This document shows, in pieces, positions 24,451 to 36,516 of a stretch of DNA of 64,000 nt. Under the pieces are notes generated by a model, which had not been told where the DNA came from, made no database searches, and saw only the letters and a list, made by a program, of their open reading frames with translations. Origin of the DNA: Marsupella aquatica (lineage: Eukaryota; Plantae; Marchantiophyta); assembly GCA_973895155.1 (NCBI GenBank), contig OZ316898.1, positions 12,551,659 through 12,615,658 on the forward strand, in the 5' to 3' direction. The position numbers and the translations under genes were made by a program. Positions within the stretch are counted from its first letter, which is position 1. Each line of letters begins with the position of its first letter.

Positions 24451-26439
24451 GGCCCCCTTCTGTTTTTTGATGGCAAAAATAGCTTAGGTGGACAATTGCC
24501 CTATCTTGCAAATCCACTCACTTCCCATCATAGGACCTTGGTACCCAGAAAACATTTTTTGAGGCAATATCTCAAAAAATTCAAACTGTTTACATGCTGT
24601 CTATTGTGTAACATATATATCTCTACATTTTAAGAGCCACATTATGAGCTAACATTATGCTCAAAATTAAATTAGCAAAACATTATATGCACTTTTACAT
24701 ACACCATTGTATTGTGTGTGAAGTGAGTACAGCAGATTACCCGGAGTACTCCATGTTATCAAAGCCTTATGTTATGGTACATTCGTAGTATAACCTCCAT
24801 GTAAGTGCACCTTGGGACTATCATCCACAGCAGTAGCACTTATGCCGAGATTACTGTAGTTCCTTACTGCATGTAATCAATTGACATTTGACCATAAGAC
24901 TTGTTGGGAGGGGAAAATAATGGTGGCCTCGGGGAGGAATAGCAGATTTTGCTGAGTTCTCTTTTTCTTCATAAGCTTACAGTATCAATGCATAAATTCA
25001 GAGTTCCGATGAATCTAGTAATGGCTTTTGCCCACTCTTTTCTGACTGGGAGAAATTAAAGAAACTTGCATCGTGAAGCGAGATCGATTGAGCTGGATGG
25101 GTAGCACATTAAGGATTGTGAAATATGTAACTCAGCTTCTGTAGATCAGCTCAAACTCAAAAGCGCTTCGGAGGAATTGTTGCTTATCTCGTGGATAGTC
25201 CTTAAAAAGCCAGTTGGGAGGAGACCTCAGGCAAAGCCCTTCAGCTTCACCAGAACCTCCCCAACAGCCTACGCCAGTGCTGAAAATTTGGACTTCCTTC
25301 CCTACTAGTATGTACCTAGCCAAAAGACAAAGATTGTTTTCGACAATTCCGCAAACCAGGTCCGAAATCTCAGTGGGAAGTTGTTAAGTTGTATGTCACA
25401 GCTATCTAGCCATTTCCCAGATCAATTGTCGGTTTTCATGGGCTAAGATTTTACCTGACCGGAGCTATTTTCCACGGCAGTTCAATTTGACTGACCCTGT
25501 TAATGTTTTTATCACAGCTTGGAAATTCACATCAAGGGAAATAAGATCTTCACGGCAATCACCTCTCTTAGGACTGATCACAGCGAAGGCTCCGTTCCTC
25601 TCCTGATTCCATATGCTATCACCAGTTACACACAAATTTTCAATCTTTATTTCCATTTTTGAAATCGACTTTCAACACAATAATGCTTCCCAATCGTGAT
25701 TTCATAGTTGGGCAAAAGTATTAGTATCTGGACAATTCTACGTGGGTCTGCTTGCAGAAGGTAGTTTCTCTCAAATTGCAAGATCTGCTCCCATCCTTCC
25801 TTTCGTACCACCCACTCCTTGACATCAGTGTCGTTTACAATGATTCACAACTTGCAGTCTTGTACTATACATAACCTCATCCAACTGAATCCTTCTTTCC
25901 ATCCTCTAGAATTCTCTTTGACAAGGGTATTATACAATCTACAATACCGTGTTAACAATTTGACCAACAGTGCTGTACAATCATAACCGATACCAAGAGA
26001 ACCTGGGGCACATCTCCGCATAAGTTGTGAATCCACTGCTGTTACCTTTCATTGCTATGCAAGACGTATGTAGGTAGGGCACCGTCCAATCAAGTGAATA
26101 CTATATATGAACAGAGAGCTACAACAGTCGCAATGTGGCCATAGTCAAGTTCAGCATCGTATCAATGTCAGGAGCCCAACATCACAGCGAATTGACTGCA
26201 CGTACAATTACTTTGATGGTGTCCGTTGGATGACAAGTCTGTGCCTGAGCTGATAGAGAATTTGATCTCCCTTCTAGACAGCTAAGGTGTCGCACACACT
26301 GCAACGAAGAACCAAACAGTAGAAAGTATCAGGCCTAGCAGCTATCCCATACATGGAGGCTAATGTCAGTGACTCAGCCCCGATCTAAGTCGTGATTGTA
26401 CTGGAATGAAATGAGTGAACAGCTAAGACTTTTGATCTT

Positions 26440-27568
26440 CTAGTTTCCAATCATGGCATCGATCCAGTCCCTATGCCTACATGTTCCTCCACTGAAGGTC
26501 CCGTTTGAAATGCAGTTTTCTAGTTGACGTTGAACACTGTTCCATATCGAAAAAACACTGACAACAAACAATAACACCCCCTCTCAAGTTCTCCATTTCT
26601 CCAAAACAGAGAACAAGGGGGAATCCTTGTTACCTGTATAGCTCTTGTTGAGGATGAGGATGAGGATGACTGACTTGCTGAGCAGTGGCCATCTCACTAA
26701 GCAGCTGGTTTTGCTGTGCAAGTACTTTCTGCACCTTCTTAAATGCCTCAGTGAATGCCTCTCTTTCTGTTGTGGTGGTACTCAGACAATCTTCCAAGGC
26801 ATTTAGTGTCTCATGTCCAGGATCGCTGGGTAAGCTTGCTAATTCGTTCGCTGTCGTCACAGATTTCTGAAGAACAATTCTGTCCAAACAGAAGCCTCGG
26901 ACTTGGTTTTGGAGTTTGAGAACAACACTCTCCTTCTGTAGGCACTGGAGCAAAAATTGGCCATAAATTCAGTCGACGATTAACTCAGAATAATTAGGAA
27001 CGCTGTGATTTCGGATTTAAATTTTGTACCTATTCGCCACAATGCATTCTTGTAGTCATACTCTCTATCCGATCCAGGACAAGCTCCAGACATTAGCAAA
27101 AACTTTCAGCCCGTTCTCTGTTCCTATTGGAATTGTACCATTCTGCACAACGAAATTAAAGGAAATTTGTTTGCCGGTATCCGTTGTAGAGGAAACGGGA
27201 GACATTCAATCAGTATCTTTCTAATCATTAGAATATTTAATCGAACTTGCAGGAAACCTCTGTGCAGGACATGAAATTGATAGTGGGTTCTCCGCTTATG
27301 GGGAAAGAAAGAGTAATCAAAGGGTTTTTGAGAAATAGGAGACCAGGGGCACCTCGTCAGCCGTAGAAGTATCGTGGCTAATCATGGAATAACGCCACTG
27401 CACAAAGTTGAGAATCAGCAACAAGACTAGCACCACTCTCGTAAATTTGTCGCTGTTAGAAACGGTCCTCCTGCCGGCACCACTTTTGGGCTGCTCTGGA
27501 GCAGAATCCTGCAGAAGAGGTTGCTGCTCCTCCTCGTCGACGATTTTGACGTTCTCCAGGTCTGCCAT
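26440..27568 (-). CDS. Uncharacterised type II membrane protein with predicted coiled coil (~207-214 aa)
   Basis: Exons 27568-27353, 26944-26634 and 26536 (or 26557)-26440, with canonical in-frame junctions. Acidic N-tail with EEEQQPLL, hydrophobic VVLVLLLILNFVQW, then a helical Q/E/K/L-rich region. No family recognised. Confidence 0.65.
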
Positions 27569-28882
27569 TTTGGCCAGTCAGAGAGCCTCTCTAGTAGCCT
27601 CAGTCAGTTCCTTCCCTCCCTTCCTGGTTTCAGTCACATGACATCCAATGCTTAAGTAAGAAGCTCATGGAACAAATAAAGGACATCCCGGGCTATCTTT
27701 TGCACTTATAAACATATTTTTCAACAACACGACGACACAGAGAAACTGATCAGACATTTTTTCTTCAGTTCAAGTATCCATCATTCATTCTATACTGCTG
27801 GCAACGACATCGAATACAAGTTCGTTTTTCTACAACGTCAAAATAACTCATCAGAAAGAATTGACTAGTCAGAGAACTCTCCCAGAGTTTAAGAACTTGA
27901 TACGTACTCCCAAACTCATCGTGAACAAGTCACTACTTCTAGGCGAACAACAGTTAATTAAAACAGAGCATTATTAGCACCCCAATGCGATTCTTCTGGC
28001 ACACTCCCTCGTATACTGAATTGCTCACCCGGTGTCCAGGAGCTTGCAGCGGGCTTGGTACTGCAGAATTGCCACTCGAGGTTGCTGCACTGAATCTTCA
28101 AGTCCTCGATGAGTCCACTTTAAAGCATTGAAGAGTCGTTTGGAGAGAGATGTGGAATGAGATCACCGGTTTTAGGTGATGAATCTCACGACACCCCCTC
28201 CATTCCCGCAGATTCTTTGATACAGGCGGTGGGTCCACCTCAATGTTCGCCCTCATGAGATTCCCTTGACAATCTTCGTCTTTGAGGGCGTGAAAGAAAA
28301 GTGTTTCGAATTTGGCCTTGGAAACACAAATAAAAAAGATAACAGTGTACACAGGTGGACACCCTTTTCCAACCCTGTGTTTTGTTCTTTATTTATTTAT
28401 TTCAAGCAGTCATTCATCATGTTTTTATAAAACTGTTCATCAGGCGATTCTATCCTGATCCACGGGATTTGCACTCTACTTAAGCCAGTTGTACTAGCGT
28501 GCAGACTTCTACGGAATATAGCAGCTCCTATATTATTCTTTAGGCGTTTCAAAGGATTCAGTACAACAATCTATTCAACCGGTGTCCATGTTTAGTCCTT
28601 CAATACCCAAATCCAGCTATTTTACGATAGGTGCCCCATTCTAGCCACGCTTATTTCAAGCAAGCGGGAAGGGAGAGACCAAGCGAGAGACGAAGGGAAA
28701 GACATCGTATTTGATACGGAACATTTGCGTCAAATTTCCGTCCATAGTTACAGTGTCCTGTTTATTCTGCTGCCTTTTCATTTCGTGGGTACCCACCGCA
28801 CACAAGGTTCACACACCACATAAGATTCACACACTTCCCCGTGTGCACCAATCCCAAACTCTACCTACACAGAGTTATCGAT

Positions 28883-29000
28883 GCCAAGATATTATGTCTG
28901 ACTGATTCTATACTACAGTAGTATACCAAGATATTATGTCTGAGTGAATCTATACCACAGTATTTTGCCAAGATAGGGTGTCTGAGTGAATCTATACTAG
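28883..29000. repeat. 42-bp tandem repeat, ~3 copies
   Basis: ccaagata...tgtctga.tga.tctatac at 28884, 28926 and 28968. Confidence 0.9.
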
Positions 29001-29973
29001 TAAGCACTAATGACATTACTATGGACAGTGGACAGGGTGGAAACGATCGTAACCATAGAAGGGGGCGTAATTGATCAGGGGCCTAATTATGGCAGGGGGC
29101 GACCAAGGGGCTTACTGTGCTTTTTGCACGGGCAATGTGGATTTCATCGACTACTTGTGAGCAAAGCTAGGCCATTCAGGCTCATTACATGTCAGGAATG
29201 ATTTTGTCCACCTTCCTTTTCTCCTCGCTCAACGGTGAATGTTCCTTTCAATTGTTCCTACTCATATGGAACATGCTTATATTGAAATTTCATCCATGTG
29301 AAATCTTTCCAAGGGAATGAGACTTGTGGGAGACAATTGAGAGTTAGGTACGATCATGATTGTCATCTACAATTTTGGATCATCGTTTCGCCACTAAAAC
29401 AAGGAGAGTCTACGTACTTGACACAATTGGCACAAAACAAGGCGTTCTGACCCCTTACCAACAAAGTAAAAACAACTAGACTACGTTAGTTACCCACATA
29501 TTGATCACATAGTTGGAGAGATGAGGCAAGGGGAACAACCAAATCATTCTTCATCTGATTATGAGAGATGAGACTGTCAGAGAATTGACAAAATTGCTTA
29601 CTGTCTCATTGAACGCAAGGAATGAGACACAGACTGGGATTTGCAAAATCAGGTAGTTTGCCATGTGAAATATGAACTACAAATTTACATTCTCATAGCT
29701 AGTCTATGACTCTTGCAAATTAGTCGAGACTGGGCCACAGACTATTTGTGTGGCCTGATTACTCTGGCTGGTTTTCCTTTGTTGCCCAGGGTGTCTGACT
29801 TTCTTCCCTTCTCATGTCAATCATTTTAGTAGGTTTGTCGGGATCTGAATAGTAGAAATTATCAAAGGGCCTACTTTTCCAACTCCTTCAATGCATTTCG
29901 TCCATTTGTAGGAAACGTGTTTTACTCGTCTTTAAGCCCTGCCTCACATCATCATTTAGACCTCCTTGGCAGC

Positions 29974-30084
29974 ACGCAATGTTCCAGGAAAGACGTGCAA
30001 GGCATTTTGCCGAAATAGAGAATGCTCGCGACGCAATGTTCCAGGAAAGGCGTGCAAGGCATTCTACCGAAATAGAGAATGCTC
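29974..30084. repeat. 57-bp tandem duplication
   Basis: acgcaatgttccaggaaag.cgtgcaaggcatt...ccgaaatagagaatgctc at 29974 and 30031. Confidence 0.92.
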
Positions 30085-30868
30085 CTATTGCCTGTGGAGG
30101 GCATTCCAACTTCTCTTCGAAAGGCATGCAGAAAAAATGCTCAGGTGGACAGAAAATCCTCTAAATTTATTGCAAGGTAGTTAACCATCGTTCCACCTTC
30201 AACTCGAATTGTGTTGAATAGAATTTAAACATGTCAGGAACCGAAATATTTTAACCCCCTTCCTGACAAAAGGTCACGTATATTAGAGACCAACACTCTC
30301 TGAGGGACTGCTTCACCTTTCACATCATTACCTTTCCCAAATATTGACATTCTAATCCAGAAATCCTGCACAAGTATGACAGATTGTTGATTCTCTCCGC
30401 TGGATAACACACTCGGGTGTGCATTTGGCATGATCAAATATTCATTGGAAAGCAAGAGACGCTTGAAATGCACGATAAAAACTATAGCAATGAAGCTCGA
30501 GGATGCATGCAAACCTCCCGGCAAATCTACGACACGTAAAACACTCGTCGAGAAACGATATAGATGCAACTTTCAAAGTCATCATGATTAAAAACTCTGA
30601 CTAGGGAAGAAAGTAGAGGCAGCCGTCAAAACGATGATGAAACTCTAATGAAGTACCAATGAAAGTGCAGCTTTGAAACCACTAGATATGACAAAGCTCT
30701 GGTGCAGAACCTCCAGTAGCTAGATATTAATGTACATATGTAGCTTTTGGAAGGCACGATGGAACACTACATTACTGAATTAACGACATTAGATCGATGC
30801 GGCTTGAAAGTCACACTCATGATAAAGCTGTTGGGAAGAAGTTTGATCAAAAGACATTCATTGAACCT

Positions 30869-32317
30869 TCACACAAAATGACACTGCCAGAGAACTGAAG
30901 GACGGCAGCTCATGTACTTGCACCATCTGCACGTCCTCCGAGAGTCCCAGCCATAGCCTTTGAAGAGAGAGACCATCCCCATGGCATATGCAAACACCAA
31001 TAATCCCAGCGCCACAAACCGGGCCGTGTTCTGCATGCTCGAGTGCTTCGACAATGTCGTCCTCGGGACCTCGCCCCCTAGTGCACCATGTGCCATTATC
31101 CACGTTGCCGATCGAGGCCGCATCAGAAAGATGAGAGCTAGCAGCGATCCAGCACACAAGCCCCCAACGTGCGCAAAGTTGTCGACATAAGGCATTATCC
31201 CGAAGGTCAGATTGATTGCCAACGTCAGGAACAACACAACCAGCAACTTGCTGCGTTGACAATTGCTTGCTCTCGGGTTGGTCGACCAGTTGATCAGCAT
31301 TTCCACTATGGTGGCTCCAAGTAGACCCATGAGTGCCCCTGATGCACCCACGGAGATCTGATTCTGCACGAAGAGAACGGACAAGAGGTTGCCTCCGAAT
31401 CCTGCCAGCAAGTAGATGGCCGCCACTTTGATCCACCCAAACTTCCTCTCGAGGCGACGTCCGATTGAGAGCAGGCCTAGCATGTTTACAAGTAGATGGA
31501 ACATCCCAGCGTGCAGCCAAACAGCCGTCAGCAGGCGCCATCCTTGCCCCGAGCTCGTCACGAGGTGGGAGTTGAGAGCCCCGACCGAGAGCAATGTCTT
31601 ATGCGATGGCCCAAGCAGTGGGTTGTCATTCCAGGGCTGGAAGGCGAGGCGGCTGAGGAATCTGAGCACACATCTCTTTGGATTGAAATATGTGTGGGGA
31701 CAATCGTTCTCGTACATGGTGATGACGAAGATGATGGATTGGATCAAGAGCACGATTGGAATCAGCCATTGTAACTTGTGGCTGAGGCGGTAGATTGAAG
31801 CACACTGCTCAGAAGGTGTTTGAGGAGGACAAGTAGGGGTCGGAGTGTCATCAAGTCCGGTGTTGATAGGAGCAATTTGAGGTGATTGGAATTTGAAGGT
31901 GGGCTTCCTCGATGGGGGAGTGTTGCCGTTGTTGCTGCCGCCGAGAGAGCTGAAATTTGTCAATGCCATGATTCCGCCCACGCTCGACGTCTCGCTGTTG
32001 TTGTTATTGTGGTTATAATGATGGGAACTGTGAGGCAAGGGGAGACAGGGATAGAGAGGGATCCCATCTGCAGTTGCACGGGTGCAGGGGGGCGAGGTGC
32101 GGCGGATGGGACTCGGGGATCCAAACCATGGTGTTTGTGGTTGCGGTTGTAGGTGTTGTGGTGATGGGGATAGTGATGGTGATGGTGGCTGGTGGCTGCT
32201 TGGATTGAATGAACAGTTCCTGAGGGGATTTGGGATTTGGAAGGAATACCTCCTGTCTGACCGATTCGTTCTGTCTGGAAGAAGCTGTTCCGGCGACTGG
32301 CTGCCATCTCGCCTCAT
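30869..32317 (-). CDS. Rhomboid-like intramembrane serine protease (plant RBL1-type), intronless, 482 aa
   Basis: FQPWNDNPLLGPS, GWRLLTAVWLHAGMFHLLVNM, catalytic SVGASGAL, DNFAHVGG (catalytic His), C-terminal CRWCKYMSC.PS..WQC; long Pro/Ser/Asn-rich N-terminus. Confidence 0.95.
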   Translation of the reverse strand: MRRDGSQSPEQLLPDRTNRSDRRYSFQIPNPLRNCSFNPSSHQPPSPSLSPSPQHLQPQPQTPWFGSPSPIRRTSPPCTRATADGIPLYPCLPLPHSSHHYNHNNNNSETSSVGGIMALTNFSSLGGSNNGNTPPSRKPTFKFQSPQIAPINTGLDDTPTPTCPPQTPSEQCASIYRLSHKLQWLIPIVLLIQSIIFVITMYENDCPHTYFNPKRCVLRFLSRLAFQPWNDNPLLGPSHKTLLSVGALNSHLVTSSGQGWRLLTAVWLHAGMFHLLVNMLGLLSIGRRLERKFGWIKVAAIYLLAGFGGNLLSVLFVQNQISVGASGALMGLLGATIVEMLINWSTNPRASNCQRSKLLVVLFLTLAINLTFGIMPYVDNFAHVGGLCAGSLLALIFLMRPRSATWIMAHGALGGEVPRTTLSKHSSMQNTARFVALGLLVFAYAMGMVSLFKGYGWDSRRTCRWCKYMSCRPSVLWQCHFV

Positions 32318-34510
32318 AATTAATTTTGATTGATGTTTCTCTCTCTTGCGTTATTTAGCTGTTCGAGCAGTGGGCCATTCACCGTCTGGACTTAATTTAC
32401 AGGCAAGAACATTGTCGCATGATGCATGTATGAATCCTTTGCTTCGTGCATCAGGAGAGTGGATTCTGGATCTCTTGTTTGCCCCTCTCAATTGTCATCA
32501 GTACACCGTATGCACATGGGGAGTCCTCTGACTCTGCTTGAATAATCATATCCTATCGATTGAGTCGTCCACCCATTCACTTTGAGGTGTCGAAATCCAC
32601 AAGCTCATGAAGTTGCGTCCAGGAAATTGTGAAGGTTTTGGAATCGCTCTATATACGCTTCGGTCGGTTCATTGAAACACTATGTCATCAAAAAGCTTAT
32701 TTTTGAAGGCTTTCGAACAAGGTTCGCAGAGCCACTCCCCACTGACATTGTGCACATTCTCCTGAGGAAATTTATGTGAAATTCAAGACTTCCAGTATCA
32801 TTGCGCATTTTTCAATTTGTCATTCGGAAACTTAATGACAGTCATGATGTCACATGACAGGGAGGAAAATTACCGTGATTTCCTGTCGTTCTCTTGCAGG
32901 CTTCGACTTAGAAGCGGGTATGTAGGCATTACATGTGAAGTTGAACCCTTAAGTCTATACATGAATTCGATCATGCAAGTCAGATTGTTAATCAGTCTTC
33001 AAAGCCTTCGGCGTGCAGTATAACTCAAACGTTCCTTGCCATGACGAATTCTAATTGTCGCAAATGCCACATTGCCATAAGGAGAGAAGCTGTGTTTTTC
33101 TCCGGACCCAACGCTGTCATTTATCTCAGTCTGCTGCCACCTTTTTTCTTCCTTGGCTTCAATCCGTGCATAGACATGGACTTCAAGCCATCAATAAATT
33201 CATCATTTACGTCCCTTCTTCTGATCTCCCTTGATCGTGTACGCCTGTAATTCTGAAGACATCGTCATCGCTTCATGTCGATCAGCAGCATGACCAAATA
33301 TGAAGGTCCCACGACAATCACTGGCTCGGTGGAGGAATTCTTTGGCATCGGACAGAGCCAAATTGGCAACCAGAATCAATCAAACTTCTTCTCGAGACCC
33401 TTCCCGCTGTCGTCACCATCGTGTCGTGGCTGAGTGAGCACGATTTTTCTAGGGGCAAGGATCCATTAAACATAATTACACGCATTTCAAAGGACGGGGA
33501 TGAGGAGAATGCAGATTTTTCCGGCAAGCAAATGTTGGACTGATCATGGAGGGTCCGTCGACGTACAGGCCATTTTGCGAATGCAGCAACAACTTATTTG
33601 ATCCAAACGTGAAGACTAACTTCTCTCTCGTAATGTCAATCGTCACTGCCAATCTAACGAAATCCGTTGGGACATCAAACCCTGAACCCTAAACTCTCCC
33701 TGATTCAACTGACGTACGCTGCTTTTTGTATTGCATTAGCCTCTGATTAGCCATTGCTTGAGAACATAATTAGAGATGATTACATTACGCTAGCTCCATA
33801 ATTGAAGCTTGCATAGACCATAAAATTAGACGAGATGGTAGTATAGACTATGTGAAGGTACTTGTTTCTTGGTCTGCTTTTGGTTGGGGTCTCTTGGCTT
33901 TTGGTTGGGGTCTCTTGGCTTGTTTTTCTTGGGGCCCTTTCCCCTCTTTTCCTTCCCCTCGTTTGGGTTGCTTTGCCTTTGGGATCATGTCTCCCGATTA
34001 GGCATTTTTTGTTCTTGGGCACCATGATATATATCTGAATCCAGCATATCTGAATCTAGTCGCGTGGGTTACCTCAAGTCAGAGAAACATATACAGTTAA
34101 GGATGACTGGTGTTCCATAATGTGGTGTTTTGTCAACCGTATATGGTCAAGCTGTGTATGCGGGGAGACCGCATACATGAAGAAAAATCTACAACTATAA
34201 TAAGGGATTAGCCCTTAGTTCCAATACAAAAAAAGCTCTTGGACAGGAAAGATTCACGACCATTGGATTTGTTTGGCTGTTTTCCTTGATCATTGATGGA
34301 GGAAATGGGCACCCCTGCCCCATATGTGCTTCCTCACACTGCCCCATATATGCCCCGGCCCGACTCCCTATGGGCCGGCCCTCCTTGCGTCGTGCAACGC
34401 ACGGGCATAGGGCTCGTACATCATAATTGAATGAATGTCCATCCGCTCCAACCCTTAAAATATGCAAAACCCATTTGCTCCAAACCATATATGTACAGTT
34501 CATTCTATCT

Positions 34511-34721
34511 CAAACCACACCTGCCACTATAAAAGCCCAATTCCATGTCTCACTACTCACGATAAAAGGTGGAACACTCTGCACCTTTTGTGGAGCACTT
34601 GCCAATAAAAAGTTTTGCACTCACCACCTTTAGTGGAGCTCAAAGTCCATTCGTGAACCTGTGCACTGTACAATGAGAGCTACCAGTAACCTGTAGCCCT
34701 TTATTTTGGGGGCAGTTGTGG
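34511..34721. mobile_element. Second copy of the dispersed repeat end seen at 14243-14440
   Basis: Same ordered motifs, same orientation; lies in a repeat-like, ORF-poor block (~33900-35950). Confidence 0.5.
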
Positions 34722-36516
34722 TAATAAGATGTAATCAGTGATGTATCTCAAACTGCAAAGGAACAAAAGGTGCCTGGAGACATGGTCCCAAAGGCAAAAA
34801 TCCCAATAAAGGGGGCAGAGGGAGAAAACCTCAAGGAGCTAGACTAGTCACTAGGAAAATAGAATGTCAGCTTTTGACTGACCTAGAATGAGACCAGCCT
34901 CTAACTGTGGCAGCCTGGCCTGGGAATTATCAAATTTGAATGAGGGATATAAGGTGAGGTGCAAGTGCCAACAGTGGCAGATGGCAGTTTTGGAGTGTCA
35001 AATGAGACTAATGTTTCAAACATTCACTTGGGGCTAATGCTTGGTTTCTTACCCCCAATTGGAGATAATGTGGGATAATGGGCTGTAACCCTTTCCGGGA
35101 CCCCTTTGGGCTTACCAACCTCAAGTTAAATCCCATTACTGGGAGCCAGGCGAGACACCCATTGATGGGGGGCTCTCTGGCAGATCACAAAGCTCCAACT
35201 TCTGTCACAATGTTTTTCTTTCATGTTTGGTGGCCTCCCCTTTGGTCCGTCTCATTGACTTTGTTGCACATATGCAGGTTTAACAAACCTATAGTAACCT
35301 TGATCTTCTAACAAGTTGAGTGCCTGTTATAGGCACCTGCCAGCACCACACAAGAACAACAGGATCCACCGAGAAAGATTTGGGAATGTTTGCCCCACCA
35401 AGAGCTTTTGCGCTCTGCAGTGTCCCACCATGTAATTTTCTCCCCTCGTGGGTGACTAGGCCCAACTCGCATGTGAGAGGCCTTAATTTTCCGGCCCTAA
35501 GGACTCCCCCAATGTTCAGGTGAAAGCACATCTTTGTTCCCAAGAGCATCTTCTCCCCACGACTTCTTTTCACTGCATGTGTCCCATAGCTTTTGGTGTC
35601 TTCCAGAGTTTGAGGTTGGGACCTGCAAGGGCCAGAAACTTTCCGGCCCTGCCCTTGGGACCCCACAAGACTTGCCCTCGGGCCTGCTTAAGGAGGCACT
35701 TAGGGCATGACAGCATCTTTCATTCTCATGATGACATCTTGCACTTTGAGGGCCCAAAATGCAAGGGTGGATTACATATGAGTTAGCCCTTACTCTACAC
35801 TCTTCCACATAGGGAGCTAAACACATACCAGGGTTCCATGGAAGTTGCAGGTACCCGCCATTTTTTCCCATTCATGCATCTGCCTGGACTAAGGTTGCCT
35901 TCAGGTGGCACCAATGGGATATATGGTGACGCACGGGTCCGCCCAATTGGGAGCCGTCTGATCAGGAAGATAGGCCCAACCAGCCAATGACAGCGACGAA
36001 GCAGCGAAAGGGAATCCGGATGAAACATTTCCCTTTCCTTTCCTTTCCTTCCTTTCGTATGTTCCTCATTCTGTGTTTCTGTGGAGCTAATCGGAGACGA
36101 CGGTTCTCCTTCTCCATCGTTAACAACAGCCCACCTTGAATTCTCCTCTCCGCTCCTCCCCTCTGCTCAATTACTCAATGCCCACCTCCACTCCCCTTCC
36201 CTTCTTATTTCCCGACGGAGTACACAACTGAGCAGAAGCATTGTGGTGGTTTTTCTTTTCTTTTCTTCAGTTTAGACAGTGCTCTGGGCACAGAACGGAC
36301 AGGGGCATATTGCCTGCAGAGGATTTGTGAAGTCCAGCGACGATAAGAGCAGAGGATTGTGGCATTTTCTGGGAGTTCGGTTTCTCGCACTCTCTCTCTC
36401 TCTCTCTCTCCCTGTCCCTCTCTGTGTCTGGGATTGTGCATTGTTGGTTTGTGGGTTGAAAATTGAGTTGGTTGGGTGGATTAAGATTCCCGTCCACAGG
36501 AGAGGAGTGGAGAGAG

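Noticed and set aside
24900-26100. Possible decayed LINE 3' region
   Set aside because: Only faint peptide resemblance; no diagnostic motif.
35078-36028. Overlapping ORFs of 67-125 aa upstream of UROD
   Set aside because: No recognisable domain or splice structure; probably repeat-derived.
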